From: Waddliaceae bacterium
GTDB taxonomy: Bacteria; Chlamydiota; Chlamydiia; Chlamydiales; Waddliaceae
Assembly: GCA_963724325.1 (NCBI GenBank)
Contig: CAVRUH010000007.1
Location: 497,903 to 561,902 of the forward strand
DNA: 64,000 bases
Direction of reading: 5' to 3'
The position numbers and the translations under genes are program-made. Shown piece after piece: positions 33,540-42,195 of this stretch (positions within the stretch are counted from its first letter, which is position 1; each line of letters opens with the position of its first letter). The notes beneath the pieces were generated by a model, which saw only the letters and a program-made list of their open reading frames with translations, was not told the DNA's origin and made no database searches.

Positions 33540-33941
33540 TTACAATCCAAATATCGAGAATAGCCCGTATGATCTATTTGGATAATAGTTGTAGTCGTAG
33601 CTGCAAACGTAACGGCCATAGCTATCATAGTAGCAATAAGGCGAGTTGTAGTACGAATAAGGATAATAGCCATATCCGCCATATCCTCCTCCCCACCACC
33701 AGTTGTTGTAGCCACGATTGTATCCGTTACGATGGCCCCATCCTCGACCGTAGCGCCCTCTAAAATGACCACCATTGCCATGCCAACCACTATGACCACC
33801 CCAATGACCACCACCACCACCACCACCGCGACCGCCCCCATGGCCTCCGCCGTGGCTACCTGCTTCCAAACCAAATGCAGGTGTAAGTGCTAGAGCCAAT
33901 ATAAACAATATACTGAAAACGCATCTTTTTAACATTTCCAT
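33540..33941 (-). CDS. small Gly/Tyr-rich exported protein
   Basis: GGAGG RBS, signal peptide, GGH/GW and YY-rich low-complexity body. Confidence 0.75.
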   Translation of the reverse strand: MEMLKRCVFSILFILALALTPAFGLEAGSHGGGHGGGRGGGGGGGHWGGHSGWHGNGGHFRGRYGRGWGHRNGYNRGYNNWWWGGGYGGYGYYPYSYYNSPYCYYDSYGRYVCSYDYNYYPNRSYGLFSIFGL

Positions 33942-34059
33942 ATGCCACCTCCTACCTAATTAATTATAGTAACAAAAAATTTAAAAAATCAAGTGTTTTG
34001 TATGAATGACCAGAATGCATGAAAAAACCTATTGACTTTTTGCTTTAAAAATTTCATAT

Positions 34060-35073
34060 ATGTATGTAAAGGAACATTTATCAAGTATGAAAGCACTCGT
34101 TGGACTATGCATTTCAGTGGCGATTTTTCTGACATTTTATCATTTTTTAGGGTTTTGTCCTGAGGAGTGCAAACATGGAAGTGAATATACCATTTATGGG
34201 ATCTCATTTGATTGGTTTGGGATTCTCTTTTTTATTCCCCTAGCAGCCCTTTATGTGGCATCGTTCAGTTATCCTGCACTTTATCTTTGGGTTGGGCTCA
34301 TGTTTACTTTAGCTCTCGGGGGTGAGATTGTCTTTATTGGCGTCCAAAAATTTATGATTGGGACCTGGTGTCCTGTATGCCTTGGTATTGCGGCCTGTGT
34401 GTTTATTGGCAGCATAACGAATTATTACTCAACAGATTACAAAGGAATTAAAATGAAAAATATATTGCAAGCATCAGCTCTTTGTTTAGGTTTTATTTTT
34501 GCATTAATGGGGATCACCAAAATTGATGCCCAGGAAGCAGCCGAAGCCTCTATCAAGGAAAGAATTGTATTTGGACAAGCTAACAGTCAAATTGAAATGT
34601 ATATTTTTACCGATTGGCTATGTCCAGCTTGTAGAAAGGCGGAGCCCTCCTTGGTTGAAATTGTGAAAAAATTTTCACCCTCAACGAGAATTACGTTCGT
34701 TGACCATATTGTTCACCCAGAAACTGTTAATTTTATCCCTTATAACCTAGCGTTTATGGTCAATAATAAAGAAAACTACCTTCAATTGCGGGATATTCTA
34801 ACAGATATATCAATAAAAACAGGAAAACCTTCGGAAGCTGAAATTGAGAAGGCTATTGCTCCGCTTGGGATTAAGCTCCAGGAGCTTGATTATGCTGATG
34901 TGTCGGCAGGTATGGAATACTTTAAACAGCTTGGAGAAAAATTTAAAGTTACAGGGACTCCTACGGTAGTGCTCGTTAACCTTTCAACAAAGAAAGGAAA
35001 AAAGCTTTCTGGAAATGCAGAAATTTCCGTTGAAAAGGTTGGAAATGCAATCAAAGCTCTAAAAGAGCAGTAA
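34060..35073 (+). CDS. membrane thiol-disulfide protein (VKOR-like N-terminus + DsbA/thioredoxin domain)
   Basis: CPEEC loop, TM helices with CPVC, then FTDWLCPAC and GTPT cis-Pro loop. Confidence 0.8.
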   Translation: MYVKEHLSSMKALVGLCISVAIFLTFYHFLGFCPEECKHGSEYTIYGISFDWFGILFFIPLAALYVASFSYPALYLWVGLMFTLALGGEIVFIGVQKFMIGTWCPVCLGIAACVFIGSITNYYSTDYKGIKMKNILQASALCLGFIFALMGITKIDAQEAAEASIKERIVFGQANSQIEMYIFTDWLCPACRKAEPSLVEIVKKFSPSTRITFVDHIVHPETVNFIPYNLAFMVNNKENYLQLRDILTDISIKTGKPSEAEIEKAIAPLGIKLQELDYADVSAGMEYFKQLGEKFKVTGTPTVVLVNLSTKKGKKLSGNAEISVEKVGNAIKALKEQ

Positions 35074-35095
35074 AACTGCATGTCATCTTCTCAGC

Positions 35096-35158
35096 AAAAT
35101 GCTATCGGTAATAGCATATTACAATGGAAAATGCTATCGCCAATAGCATTTTCCATTG
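35096..35158. promoter_or_regulatory. tandem ATGCTAT-N5-ATAGCAT palindromes (terminator or operator)
   Basis: ATGCTATCGGTAATAGCAT and CAATGGAAAATGCTATCGCCAATAGCATTTTCCATTG. Confidence 0.55.
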
Positions 35159-35216
35159 ATGGATATAGAACTTTTTGCTTGCACAAACGGAGGCTAATCA
35201 GTATAAAATAGCTGAT

Positions 35217-35849
35217 ATGGATCAGTATAAAGTAAAACACATACCTGCAAAAAGAATTTTTGACATCTTTTTTAGCCTGCTGGCATTGTCTTTTTGCATC
35301 CCCGTTTTCATTATCGTGGCCTTAGCAATCCGTTTAAACTCAAAAGGAAAAATTCTTTTCGCTCAAGAACGCATTGGCAGAGGTGGTTATTCATTCAAAT
35401 GCCTTAAGTTCCGAACCATGTATCCTGATGCTGAAAAACGACTTCACGAAATTCTATATAACGACCCCAAATTACTTTCTGAATGGGAACTCAAACGTAA
35501 ACTTAAAGAAGATCCCAGAATTACCCCGATAGGAAAATTTCTCCGTAGAACTTCTCTCGACGAACTTCCACAGTTTTGGAATGTCCTAAAAGGAGATCTA
35601 AGTGTTGTAGGCCCCCGCCCTGTGGTTCATGAGGAAATCGTGAAGCATTTCGGATTAAAGGCTGGTAAAATTTTGTCCATCCGCCCGGGTATCACGGGTA
35701 TGTGGCAAGTCTCTGGAAGAAGCGATTTATCATACACTCATAGGATCAAATTGGATGAAAAGTATGTAGACAATCGCACTCTCGCACTTGACATCAAACT
35801 GATTTTTAAAACTATTCCGAAGATGATTAACACCAAAGGTGCCTATTGA
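35217..35849 (+). CDS. bacterial sugar transferase (polyprenyl-phosphate glycosyl-1-P transferase)
   Basis: KRIFDI, KFRTM, DPRITPIGKFLRRTSLDELPQFWNVLKGDLSVVGPRP, RPGITGMWQV. Confidence 0.95.
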   Translation: MDQYKVKHIPAKRIFDIFFSLLALSFCIPVFIIVALAIRLNSKGKILFAQERIGRGGYSFKCLKFRTMYPDAEKRLHEILYNDPKLLSEWELKRKLKEDPRITPIGKFLRRTSLDELPQFWNVLKGDLSVVGPRPVVHEEIVKHFGLKAGKILSIRPGITGMWQVSGRSDLSYTHRIKLDEKYVDNRTLALDIKLIFKTIPKMINTKGAY

Positions 35850-36349
35850 ATCTCTACTGGAAACGACTTGATGCGGCCTTTATAATAGGTCTCATTGGCA
35901 TCCTATTTGCACCTCACACACGATTATTATTTTTTTCCCCGTTTTTGGTTGTCCTATACTACAAAAGACCACTTGTGACTGCTCTTTTAGGTTCCCTCTT
36001 TTGCGGATTGGTAGTTGATATTTTAAGCTCAGAAGCACATCTAGGAATGGTTGGAATCAATTACATTTTGGTAACAGCTTTGCTTTACAGATTTAAATAT
36101 AATTTTTTTCCAGACTCAATCACAACTCTTCCGTTGCTTACATTTTTATTTGGGACCCTTTCCGCTCTTGTGGATATGATATTGATGTTCGCATTTGATC
36201 ATCCAATGTCAATACATGGTGATTGGATGTGGACAGATTTAATCGTATTGCCAACATGGGATGCGGCCTATGCTTTTGTATTTTTTGTGTTGCCGGGATT
36301 ATTATTTGGGAAGAGACAGTTGAGAGGCTCTGATTACTTTTCAAGATAA
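35846..36349 (+). CDS. MreD-like membrane protein
   Basis: Five hydrophobic segments, CGLVVDILSS..LG motif; TTG start overlapping the upstream stop. Confidence 0.55.
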   Translation: MNLYWKRLDAAFIIGLIGILFAPHTRLLFFSPFLVVLYYKRPLVTALLGSLFCGLVVDILSSEAHLGMVGINYILVTALLYRFKYNFFPDSITTLPLLTFLFGTLSALVDMILMFAFDHPMSIHGDWMWTDLIVLPTWDAAYAFVFFVLPGLLFGKRQLRGSDYFSR

Positions 36350-36357
36350 TCGAAGGG

Positions 36358-36406
36358 AGTCGTTAGAGTAGAGACGGGTTAAACACCCGTCTCTACTCTA
36401 ACGACT
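36358..36406. repeat. perfect 22-bp-stem hairpin (GTAGAGACG-type REP / bidirectional terminator)
   Basis: AGTCGTTAGAGTAGAGACGGGT-TAAAC-ACCCGTCTCTACTCTAACGACT between convergent genes. Confidence 0.85.
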
Positions 36407-36470
36407 GTGCGTTCTAATAGTTAGGATTAGCTTATGGGTAAAGCTACTTCACCAGTTGCTTTGAACACAA

Positions 36471-36953
36471 TTAATCTTCTTGTTCCTCATCTTCTTCTTG
36501 TGGTGCAGGAGGTTGTTTGTGCATGGCTTTGCGGCACTCAATAGCTCGTCTTGCTTTTTGAAGCTGAATGTCGTCTAGGATGTCCTTGGTTTTGTCTGGA
36601 TCAGTCACACCATGTGCTGTCATAACTTCCGTAAATTGAGCTAGGAGTGTTTCGCGGAATAATTTTACAGTTTCTTTACGTTGATCAGGCGTTTTCAAAG
36701 GATTTGGTTCCATTTTTTCAGCCTTTTCCTGAACAAGCTTTAATATAACTTTGTCTTTTTCAGCCAATTCCTTTTGAATCGCAGCCTGCTGGTCTGCTGG
36801 CACCTTAAACTTCTTTAATGAACTAGCCACAAATTCCTGTGGAAAGTAAGAATGTAAAATTCTATCCGAACAAAAATCATCTGTGTCATCTGCACATAAT
36901 GGCAATGCAAGGGCACTTAAACCCAGTAATACTTTAAAAAGATATTGACTCAT
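36471..36953 (-). CDS. hypothetical exported protein, divergent from folD
   Basis: GGAGG RBS, signal peptide, helical body. Confidence 0.75.
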   Translation of the reverse strand: MSQYLFKVLLGLSALALPLCADDTDDFCSDRILHSYFPQEFVASSLKKFKVPADQQAAIQKELAEKDKVILKLVQEKAEKMEPNPLKTPDQRKETVKLFRETLLAQFTEVMTAHGVTDPDKTKDILDDIQLQKARRAIECRKAMHKQPPAPQEEDEEQED

Positions 36954-37047
36954 GAATCCTCCAAAAAATTGTTAACTTGTCTTGAGTTGAACTTAAACCA
37001 TTGACATTTTTCTTGCAAGAATTGAATTATTAATCTAAATTCACCAT

Positions 37048-37899
37048 ATGATAATAGATGGAAAACTCGTAGCAAAAGAAATCCAAGACGAAATTAAGGC
37101 AAAGGTTGCAGAATTCAAAGACAGGAAACCTTGCCTGGTTGTTTGTATCGTGGGAAATATTCCCGCATCAATCACGTATGTGAATGCGAAAGTTCGCGCC
37201 TGTAAAGAAATTGGAATTCAATCAATTAAACTCGAATTTCCAAATACGATTTCCCAGGAGGCTTTGATTGAAGAAATCCGCAAATTAAATGTCGAGAAGG
37301 GGATAGATGGTATTTTGGTGCAACTCCCCCTGCCAGACCATATAGATCCCAATGTCATTACAGAGTCGATAGATCCTCATAAAGATGTCGATGGCTTACA
37401 TCCCATGAATTTTGGAAGACTATTAAAGGGAAGCCATAATGGCTTTGTTCCATGCACACCACTGGGAGTCATGGTACTTTTAGAGAGGTATAAGATAGAA
37501 ATTGCCGGAAAACATGCTCTTGTAATCGGTCGCAGCAATATCGTTGGAAAACCTATGGGCCTGCTCTTAATGAAGGAGAACGCTACAGTCACCCTGGCAC
37601 ATAGCCACACGCGCAATCTTGCGGATTTATCTCGCCAAGCAGACATCATTGTTACTTGTCTCGGCAAGCCAGGGTTTCTCAAAGCTAATATGGTCAAGGA
37701 TAATGCTGTTGTTATTGATGTAGGAATTAATCGTCTCGAAGATGCAAATGATAAAAAAGGATATCGATTAGTCGGCGATGCGGATTTTGCTGAAGTCTCT
37801 AAAAAATGCTCTTATATTACCCCAGTCCCTGGCGGCGTTGGCCCTATGACCATTGCCATGCTTCTTAGCAATACCTTAAAGGCATATCTAAACAGGTGA
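37048..37899 (+). CDS. folD: methylenetetrahydrofolate dehydrogenase/cyclohydrolase
   Basis: GILVQLPLP, KDVDGLHP, PCTP, GRSNIVGKP and TPVPGGVGPMT motifs. Confidence 0.98.
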   Translation: MIIDGKLVAKEIQDEIKAKVAEFKDRKPCLVVCIVGNIPASITYVNAKVRACKEIGIQSIKLEFPNTISQEALIEEIRKLNVEKGIDGILVQLPLPDHIDPNVITESIDPHKDVDGLHPMNFGRLLKGSHNGFVPCTPLGVMVLLERYKIEIAGKHALVIGRSNIVGKPMGLLLMKENATVTLAHSHTRNLADLSRQADIIVTCLGKPGFLKANMVKDNAVVIDVGINRLEDANDKKGYRLVGDADFAEVSKKCSYITPVPGGVGPMTIAMLLSNTLKAYLNR

Positions 37900-38825
37900 A
37901 AGTTTTTTTTCTATTTTTTATTATTTTATGCTCGTGCAATGCTTCAGAAAACAAAACAATCACTGGTTTCGCTGGCGTAGCCATGACGGTGCCCTATCGA
38001 ATCCTTGTGGGTAGAGAACTTTCTTTTTTCGAGCGTAAGGCGATTAAGGCTATCATCAACAAAACCTTTGAAGAAGTTGATAATACCTATAACTACTGGA
38101 ATCCCAGTTCGGAAATTTCAGGATTAAATCGACTAAAAAAAAATGAGCGAAAACAAATTTCATTTCAATTGAAGAATTTTCTCATTCTGACCGAAGAAAT
38201 CGTCAAAATTACTGAGGGAAGATTTGATCCTACCATAGGACATCTGCAAAAGCTTTGGAAAGACAAACTCCTTACAGATGACGAAGTGACAACGGCCCTT
38301 TCTGAAGTCGGCTGGCATAAAATTCATTATGAAGAAAGCATATTCTGGAAAGATAGTGATCTAGTTTCACTAGATTTAGGGGGGATTGCAAAAGGATTTT
38401 GCGTGGATCTTTTGACGGAAAGGCTGCAAGATGCAGGCTGCCACGATGTTTATGTGGAGTGGGGCGGTGAAATTCGCGCTGGCGGCCACCACCCTGAGGG
38501 AAGGCCTTGGAGAGTATTTATTTCTCGACTTGGTGATTTAGATCCAGATCATGCCATTGCGATTGTTGACTTGAATGATGCAGCTATTGCGACGAGTGGA
38601 GATTATCTTCAAAACTGGGAGGTAAATGGAACAATATATTACCATATTATCAATCCAAAGACAGGTTATCCATTAGTTTCTGTGCCAAATGCTGTGGCTA
38701 GCGCCAGTGTTTTAGCTCCTAGCTGTGCATTAGCTGATGGATTAGCGACAGCCCTCATGATGCCTGGCGAAACAAAGTGGATTGATGATGTTCCTAACAT
38801 CAAATACTGGATCGAACAAAGATAA
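37896..38825 (+). CDS. apbE: FAD:protein FMN transferase
   Basis: FDPTIG, DLGGIAKG, ATSGDY, HIINPKTGYP and ADGLATA motifs; lipobox. Confidence 0.95.
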   Translation: MKVFFLFFIILCSCNASENKTITGFAGVAMTVPYRILVGRELSFFERKAIKAIINKTFEEVDNTYNYWNPSSEISGLNRLKKNERKQISFQLKNFLILTEEIVKITEGRFDPTIGHLQKLWKDKLLTDDEVTTALSEVGWHKIHYEESIFWKDSDLVSLDLGGIAKGFCVDLLTERLQDAGCHDVYVEWGGEIRAGGHHPEGRPWRVFISRLGDLDPDHAIAIVDLNDAAIATSGDYLQNWEVNGTIYYHIINPKTGYPLVSVPNAVASASVLAPSCALADGLATALMMPGETKWIDDVPNIKYWIEQR

Positions 38826-38833
38826 CTCAAATA

Positions 38834-40033
38834 TTAAATTTTGTCCTTTGCTTTTTGCTGGGACAAACGCTCCATCGCTATGTTAAGGAGGTCTGCACAT
38901 GCTTTTTTTGCACCAATATACTCAAATTGATCATCATTGCATAATTCAAGAGGTGTATATCCACACCCTTTTGAGAAAAGTAATTTGGATAAATCCTCAT
39001 CATTTACTCCCGTTAGCAACACCGAAAGATGATCTCTTAGATGACATATGCAAAGAACATCTAAAATGGTATATGAATCAATATCTTTATAAAATAATAA
39101 TTCAGATAGAGGCACCTTGCACTTCTGTAAGCTTTTTAATAACCATTCCAAAAACCCGGCGGGTTCACGTCTAATAATAAGATTGATTTGCCCTAGCAAC
39201 TTACTCATCATGTACTTTACTTGATCTTCATATAGTTGATCGAAACATATTTTAAATTTTTCTCCTTCCTCGCAATATTCAAGAGCACTATTTCCGATGC
39301 CAGGCTTCAAACTGCAAATAAAACTTGCTGGTTTCAAATTTTTTGCATGAAATAATTCTATCAACTGATTTAGAACTCCCGCATCATTTCTAGCAATAAA
39401 TCGACCAATGACAGCTCCCCTATTTTCCACATACACTTCAAGTTTGCCCGATCCTTTTTTCTCATGATAGATATCCAACACCGTTTTAATATGTTCGATA
39501 TTTCCTTTAAGGCAAACAATATCAAAAATATCATGATTCAAAGTTGATTTATGATCTAGGGATGCCTCTCGAATTAAGATATCGCAAATTTTATTGGGTA
39601 TTTTTATATCCATCGCAGCTTCCAATTGGCAAAGATTCCTTATCTCATCATTTGCAGGGATCTCACGACTGTTACTTGATATTGAATTATAAGCGTAAAT
39701 CATAAACTTCTTAAACACTTGAAGATTGTGTTGGAATAGAGAATCCATAACATCTTCAGGTCTTGGCAGTTGGATTTTAAGGAAATTTAGTTTATCCACA
39801 AAGATACCCATTATTTTGAGTGCAGCATCTTCAGGGGGTATTACGCAATATACTTTGGTCACTAATTCATTTATTTTTTTCCTCTCATGCTGCTGAGTAA
39901 GCCAATCTTGATCCGAAAGGTATTCAAAGATCGCCTGTAATCCATCATTCCCTTGTTTCATTAATTCTTCTTGAAGCTTAGGAATAGACATTATGTAAAA
40001 ATTTTCTCTGCAATCCCCTATAACCTGTGACAT
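38834..40033 (-). CDS. hypothetical helical-repeat protein (degenerate ankyrin-like)
   Basis: 399 aa ORF with RBS; GNSALEYC, YTILDVLC and GYTPLELC segments. Confidence 0.6.
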   Translation of the reverse strand: MSQVIGDCRENFYIMSIPKLQEELMKQGNDGLQAIFEYLSDQDWLTQQHERKKINELVTKVYCVIPPEDAALKIMGIFVDKLNFLKIQLPRPEDVMDSLFQHNLQVFKKFMIYAYNSISSNSREIPANDEIRNLCQLEAAMDIKIPNKICDILIREASLDHKSTLNHDIFDIVCLKGNIEHIKTVLDIYHEKKGSGKLEVYVENRGAVIGRFIARNDAGVLNQLIELFHAKNLKPASFICSLKPGIGNSALEYCEEGEKFKICFDQLYEDQVKYMMSKLLGQINLIIRREPAGFLEWLLKSLQKCKVPLSELLFYKDIDSYTILDVLCICHLRDHLSVLLTGVNDEDLSKLLFSKGCGYTPLELCNDDQFEYIGAKKACADLLNIAMERLSQQKAKDKI

Positions 40034-40142
40034 TGAGTAAACTCCTAGTTATAATACGAAGTAGTAATTATCCACAGCTCTTTAATTATAGCAAGATTTA
40101 AGTGTTGTGTTACGCCTATTCCACCCAAAAAAAATAGTGCTA

Positions 40143-40171
40143 TTGTAAAAATATGTGTGTTGTGCTATAAT
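40143..40171 (+). promoter_or_regulatory. sigma66 promoter of the cdsE operon
   Basis: TTGTAA-N17-TATAAT with TG extended -10. Confidence 0.7.
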
Positions 40172-40198
40172 GAGGTTATAGACGAAAAGAGGTGAAGT

Positions 40199-40444
40199 AT
40201 GTTCGGACTAAAGAAAGAATCTAAAAAGACAAATGAAGAATTTCAATTCGACCTTGAGAAGGAACTCCAAGACCCAAAAAAGCGCAAAGATCTCAAAACG
40301 AAAGTAGAAGCAAAAATACAAGATATTAAGCAAATCCTTAGGGAAGGCGAAAATAAGAAAGACTTCGAAAAGCTTGCACTAATATTGCATGGATACAATG
40401 CTATGCTAAAAGTGTTTGCTAGATTCGAAGCAGTAAAGAAGTAG
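40199..40444 (+). CDS. cdsE: T3SS needle chaperone CdsE (CT665-like)
   Basis: FQFDLEKEL..IKQILREG..LHGYNAMLKV; synteny. Confidence 0.85.
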   Translation: MFGLKKESKKTNEEFQFDLEKELQDPKKRKDLKTKVEAKIQDIKQILREGENKKDFEKLALILHGYNAMLKVFARFEAVKK

Positions 40445-40663
40445 GTTACGCTCTGTAGGGTCGCATTTTTGCGGCAGACACTTCTTGTAAGTGTAAAAGT
40501 TGTTTGAAATGCGGCCCCACTGAGCGCAAGCTCCAAAGTTTTAGAAGTGTGAGGAGATCAAGAAATGCCGAGCCGTAAGGCGGAGCGGGAAATGAAATTT
40601 CCAGTAGGGATCCCCGGTCAAACTTGTATTTTGTATCTAGATGTCCTTGATTAGGAGGATTAT

Positions 40664-40927
40664 ATGAGTTTATCATCATTCGCAGGTGGAAACACCTTAT
40701 CGGGTTTCAGTGTTCAAACGCTGTTCCAATTAATTACTAACGCTACAGCTAGTGCTGCAGCCCAATTGAAAATAATTCAGAACCAGACAAGCGCAGTAAG
40801 TATTGCGCAGATGTTCAACATGCAAATGTTAATGAACCACTTGTCACAGCTGTCTGAAATGTCGACAGCGGTCGTTGCTGCGTCGAACTCATCAATATTA
40901 AGTATGACCAGAAACTTAAAAGCATAA
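40664..40927 (+). CDS. cdsF: T3SS needle subunit CdsF
   Basis: SIAQMFNMQMLMNHLSQLSEMSTAVV..MTRNLK; strong AGGAGG RBS; synteny. Confidence 0.9.
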   Translation: MSLSSFAGGNTLSGFSVQTLFQLITNATASAAAQLKIIQNQTSAVSIAQMFNMQMLMNHLSQLSEMSTAVVAASNSSILSMTRNLKA

Positions 40928-40949
40928 TCGAACGAATTTTGACTGGGAT

Positions 40950-40971
40950 GCGCGCAGGTGTTCTGCGCGCA
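40950..40971 (+). other. GC-rich hairpin immediately 3' of cdsF
   Basis: GCGCGCAG-GTGTT-CTGCGCGC. Confidence 0.6.
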
Positions 40972-41000
40972 ACCTTAGTTTAACCAAGGAAGGCGGTAGA

Positions 41001-41447
41001 ATGAACATTGAAGAAAAAATAGATGAATTAAAAGCAGATTTCTCTCAGTTTATCGAGTCGGGATTTGTAGCAGTAAAACAGCTCGACGGCTTTAGCGCCA
41101 GCAGCTTATTTGTGGCAGCGCAGATGCTGAGCCCAGAAAGTACAGCCCCTCAGATTGGTTTGGGGTACATTGCCCTAAATAAACTGGAATTGAAAGAAGC
41201 GACCTATATTTTCGAGCAAGTGATTGAGAAAGAACCAGAGAATTTTTTAGCTCAAACATTCTTAGGAATATGCTACCTACTCCAGAAACCCAAAAGAAAA
41301 AAGGGTGAAAAGTTAATTAATGAAGCAATTGAAAAGAGTCAAGACTCTACAATCAAAAGCTTAGGCAACATCTCTCTAGAATGGGCAGAGAAAGACCTTA
41401 AAAAAAGTAAAGCACCATTCTTTGCTCCTCCTGTAGAGGACAAATAA
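41001..41447 (+). CDS. cdsG: T3SS TPR chaperone CdsG
   Basis: ESGFVAVKQ, TPR-like GLGYIALNKLELKEA..EPEN; synteny. Confidence 0.85.
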   Translation: MNIEEKIDELKADFSQFIESGFVAVKQLDGFSASSLFVAAQMLSPESTAPQIGLGYIALNKLELKEATYIFEQVIEKEPENFLAQTFLGICYLLQKPKRKKGEKLINEAIEKSQDSTIKSLGNISLEWAEKDLKKSKAPFFAPPVEDK

Positions 41448-41482
41448 AGTTATTCGGCACATTTTAATAATAAAAAGAGGTA

Positions 41483-42160
41483 ATGGCCATGGAAGAAGAA
41501 ATTGAAGGCATTAGTAAGATAAGCAAGGTGGGAGGCAATGTTGCGAAGGCGGCTATAGCTGGCCCCAATGCTGATCATTTTCAGAACTTAATGAATCAGC
41601 AAAAGCCCCAAGTGGAACAACCTGTAGCTATCGAAAAAGTCGAAGACACGCAGAAACTGATTTCTCCTATTGACCAGATTCGAGATCTAAATCAGAAAAC
41701 AGACTATGTAAGCCGCTCAAATGCAAATGATCTTGTCGTTCAAAGTCAAGATGTCATTGCAAAGATCGATTCATTAAAGACGAAACTCGAGGCTCCGGAT
41801 TTACAACTCAATGGAGCTGTAAGAACGGCGTTGCGCAGCAAGCTCGACCACATTGATGAAAGTCTGAAGATTGCAATTTCAAAAGCCGGCGGTGAGCATG
41901 TTCCATATGCACAGCCTACCGGACTGATGAAGCCTATAGATCGATTCCTAGGACTTTTGACCCACGGACAAACACAGCTTGAAACACTGACTAAAGATAT
42001 TCAAACTATGGAAACAACTGCAGGTGGTGAGATTTCTCCCGCTAAGATGCTCTTGATACAGATCAAAGTAGGGCACGTGCAGCAGGAAATTGAATTATTC
42101 ACAAGCATGTTGAGTAAGGCTTTAGAGTCGACAAAAACTATCATGAACGTCCAAGTATAA
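41483..42160 (+). CDS. conserved chlamydial T3SS-cluster protein (CT668-like)
   Basis: C-terminal QIKVGHVQQEIELFTSMLSKALESTKTIMNVQV; lies between cdsG and cdsN. Confidence 0.75.
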   Translation: MAMEEEIEGISKISKVGGNVAKAAIAGPNADHFQNLMNQQKPQVEQPVAIEKVEDTQKLISPIDQIRDLNQKTDYVSRSNANDLVVQSQDVIAKIDSLKTKLEAPDLQLNGAVRTALRSKLDHIDESLKIAISKAGGEHVPYAQPTGLMKPIDRFLGLLTHGQTQLETLTKDIQTMETTAGGEISPAKMLLIQIKVGHVQQEIELFTSMLSKALESTKTIMNVQV

Positions 42161-42195
42161 TCTTGGATAAAATCCTCCTATGAGGAGGTTTTGGT

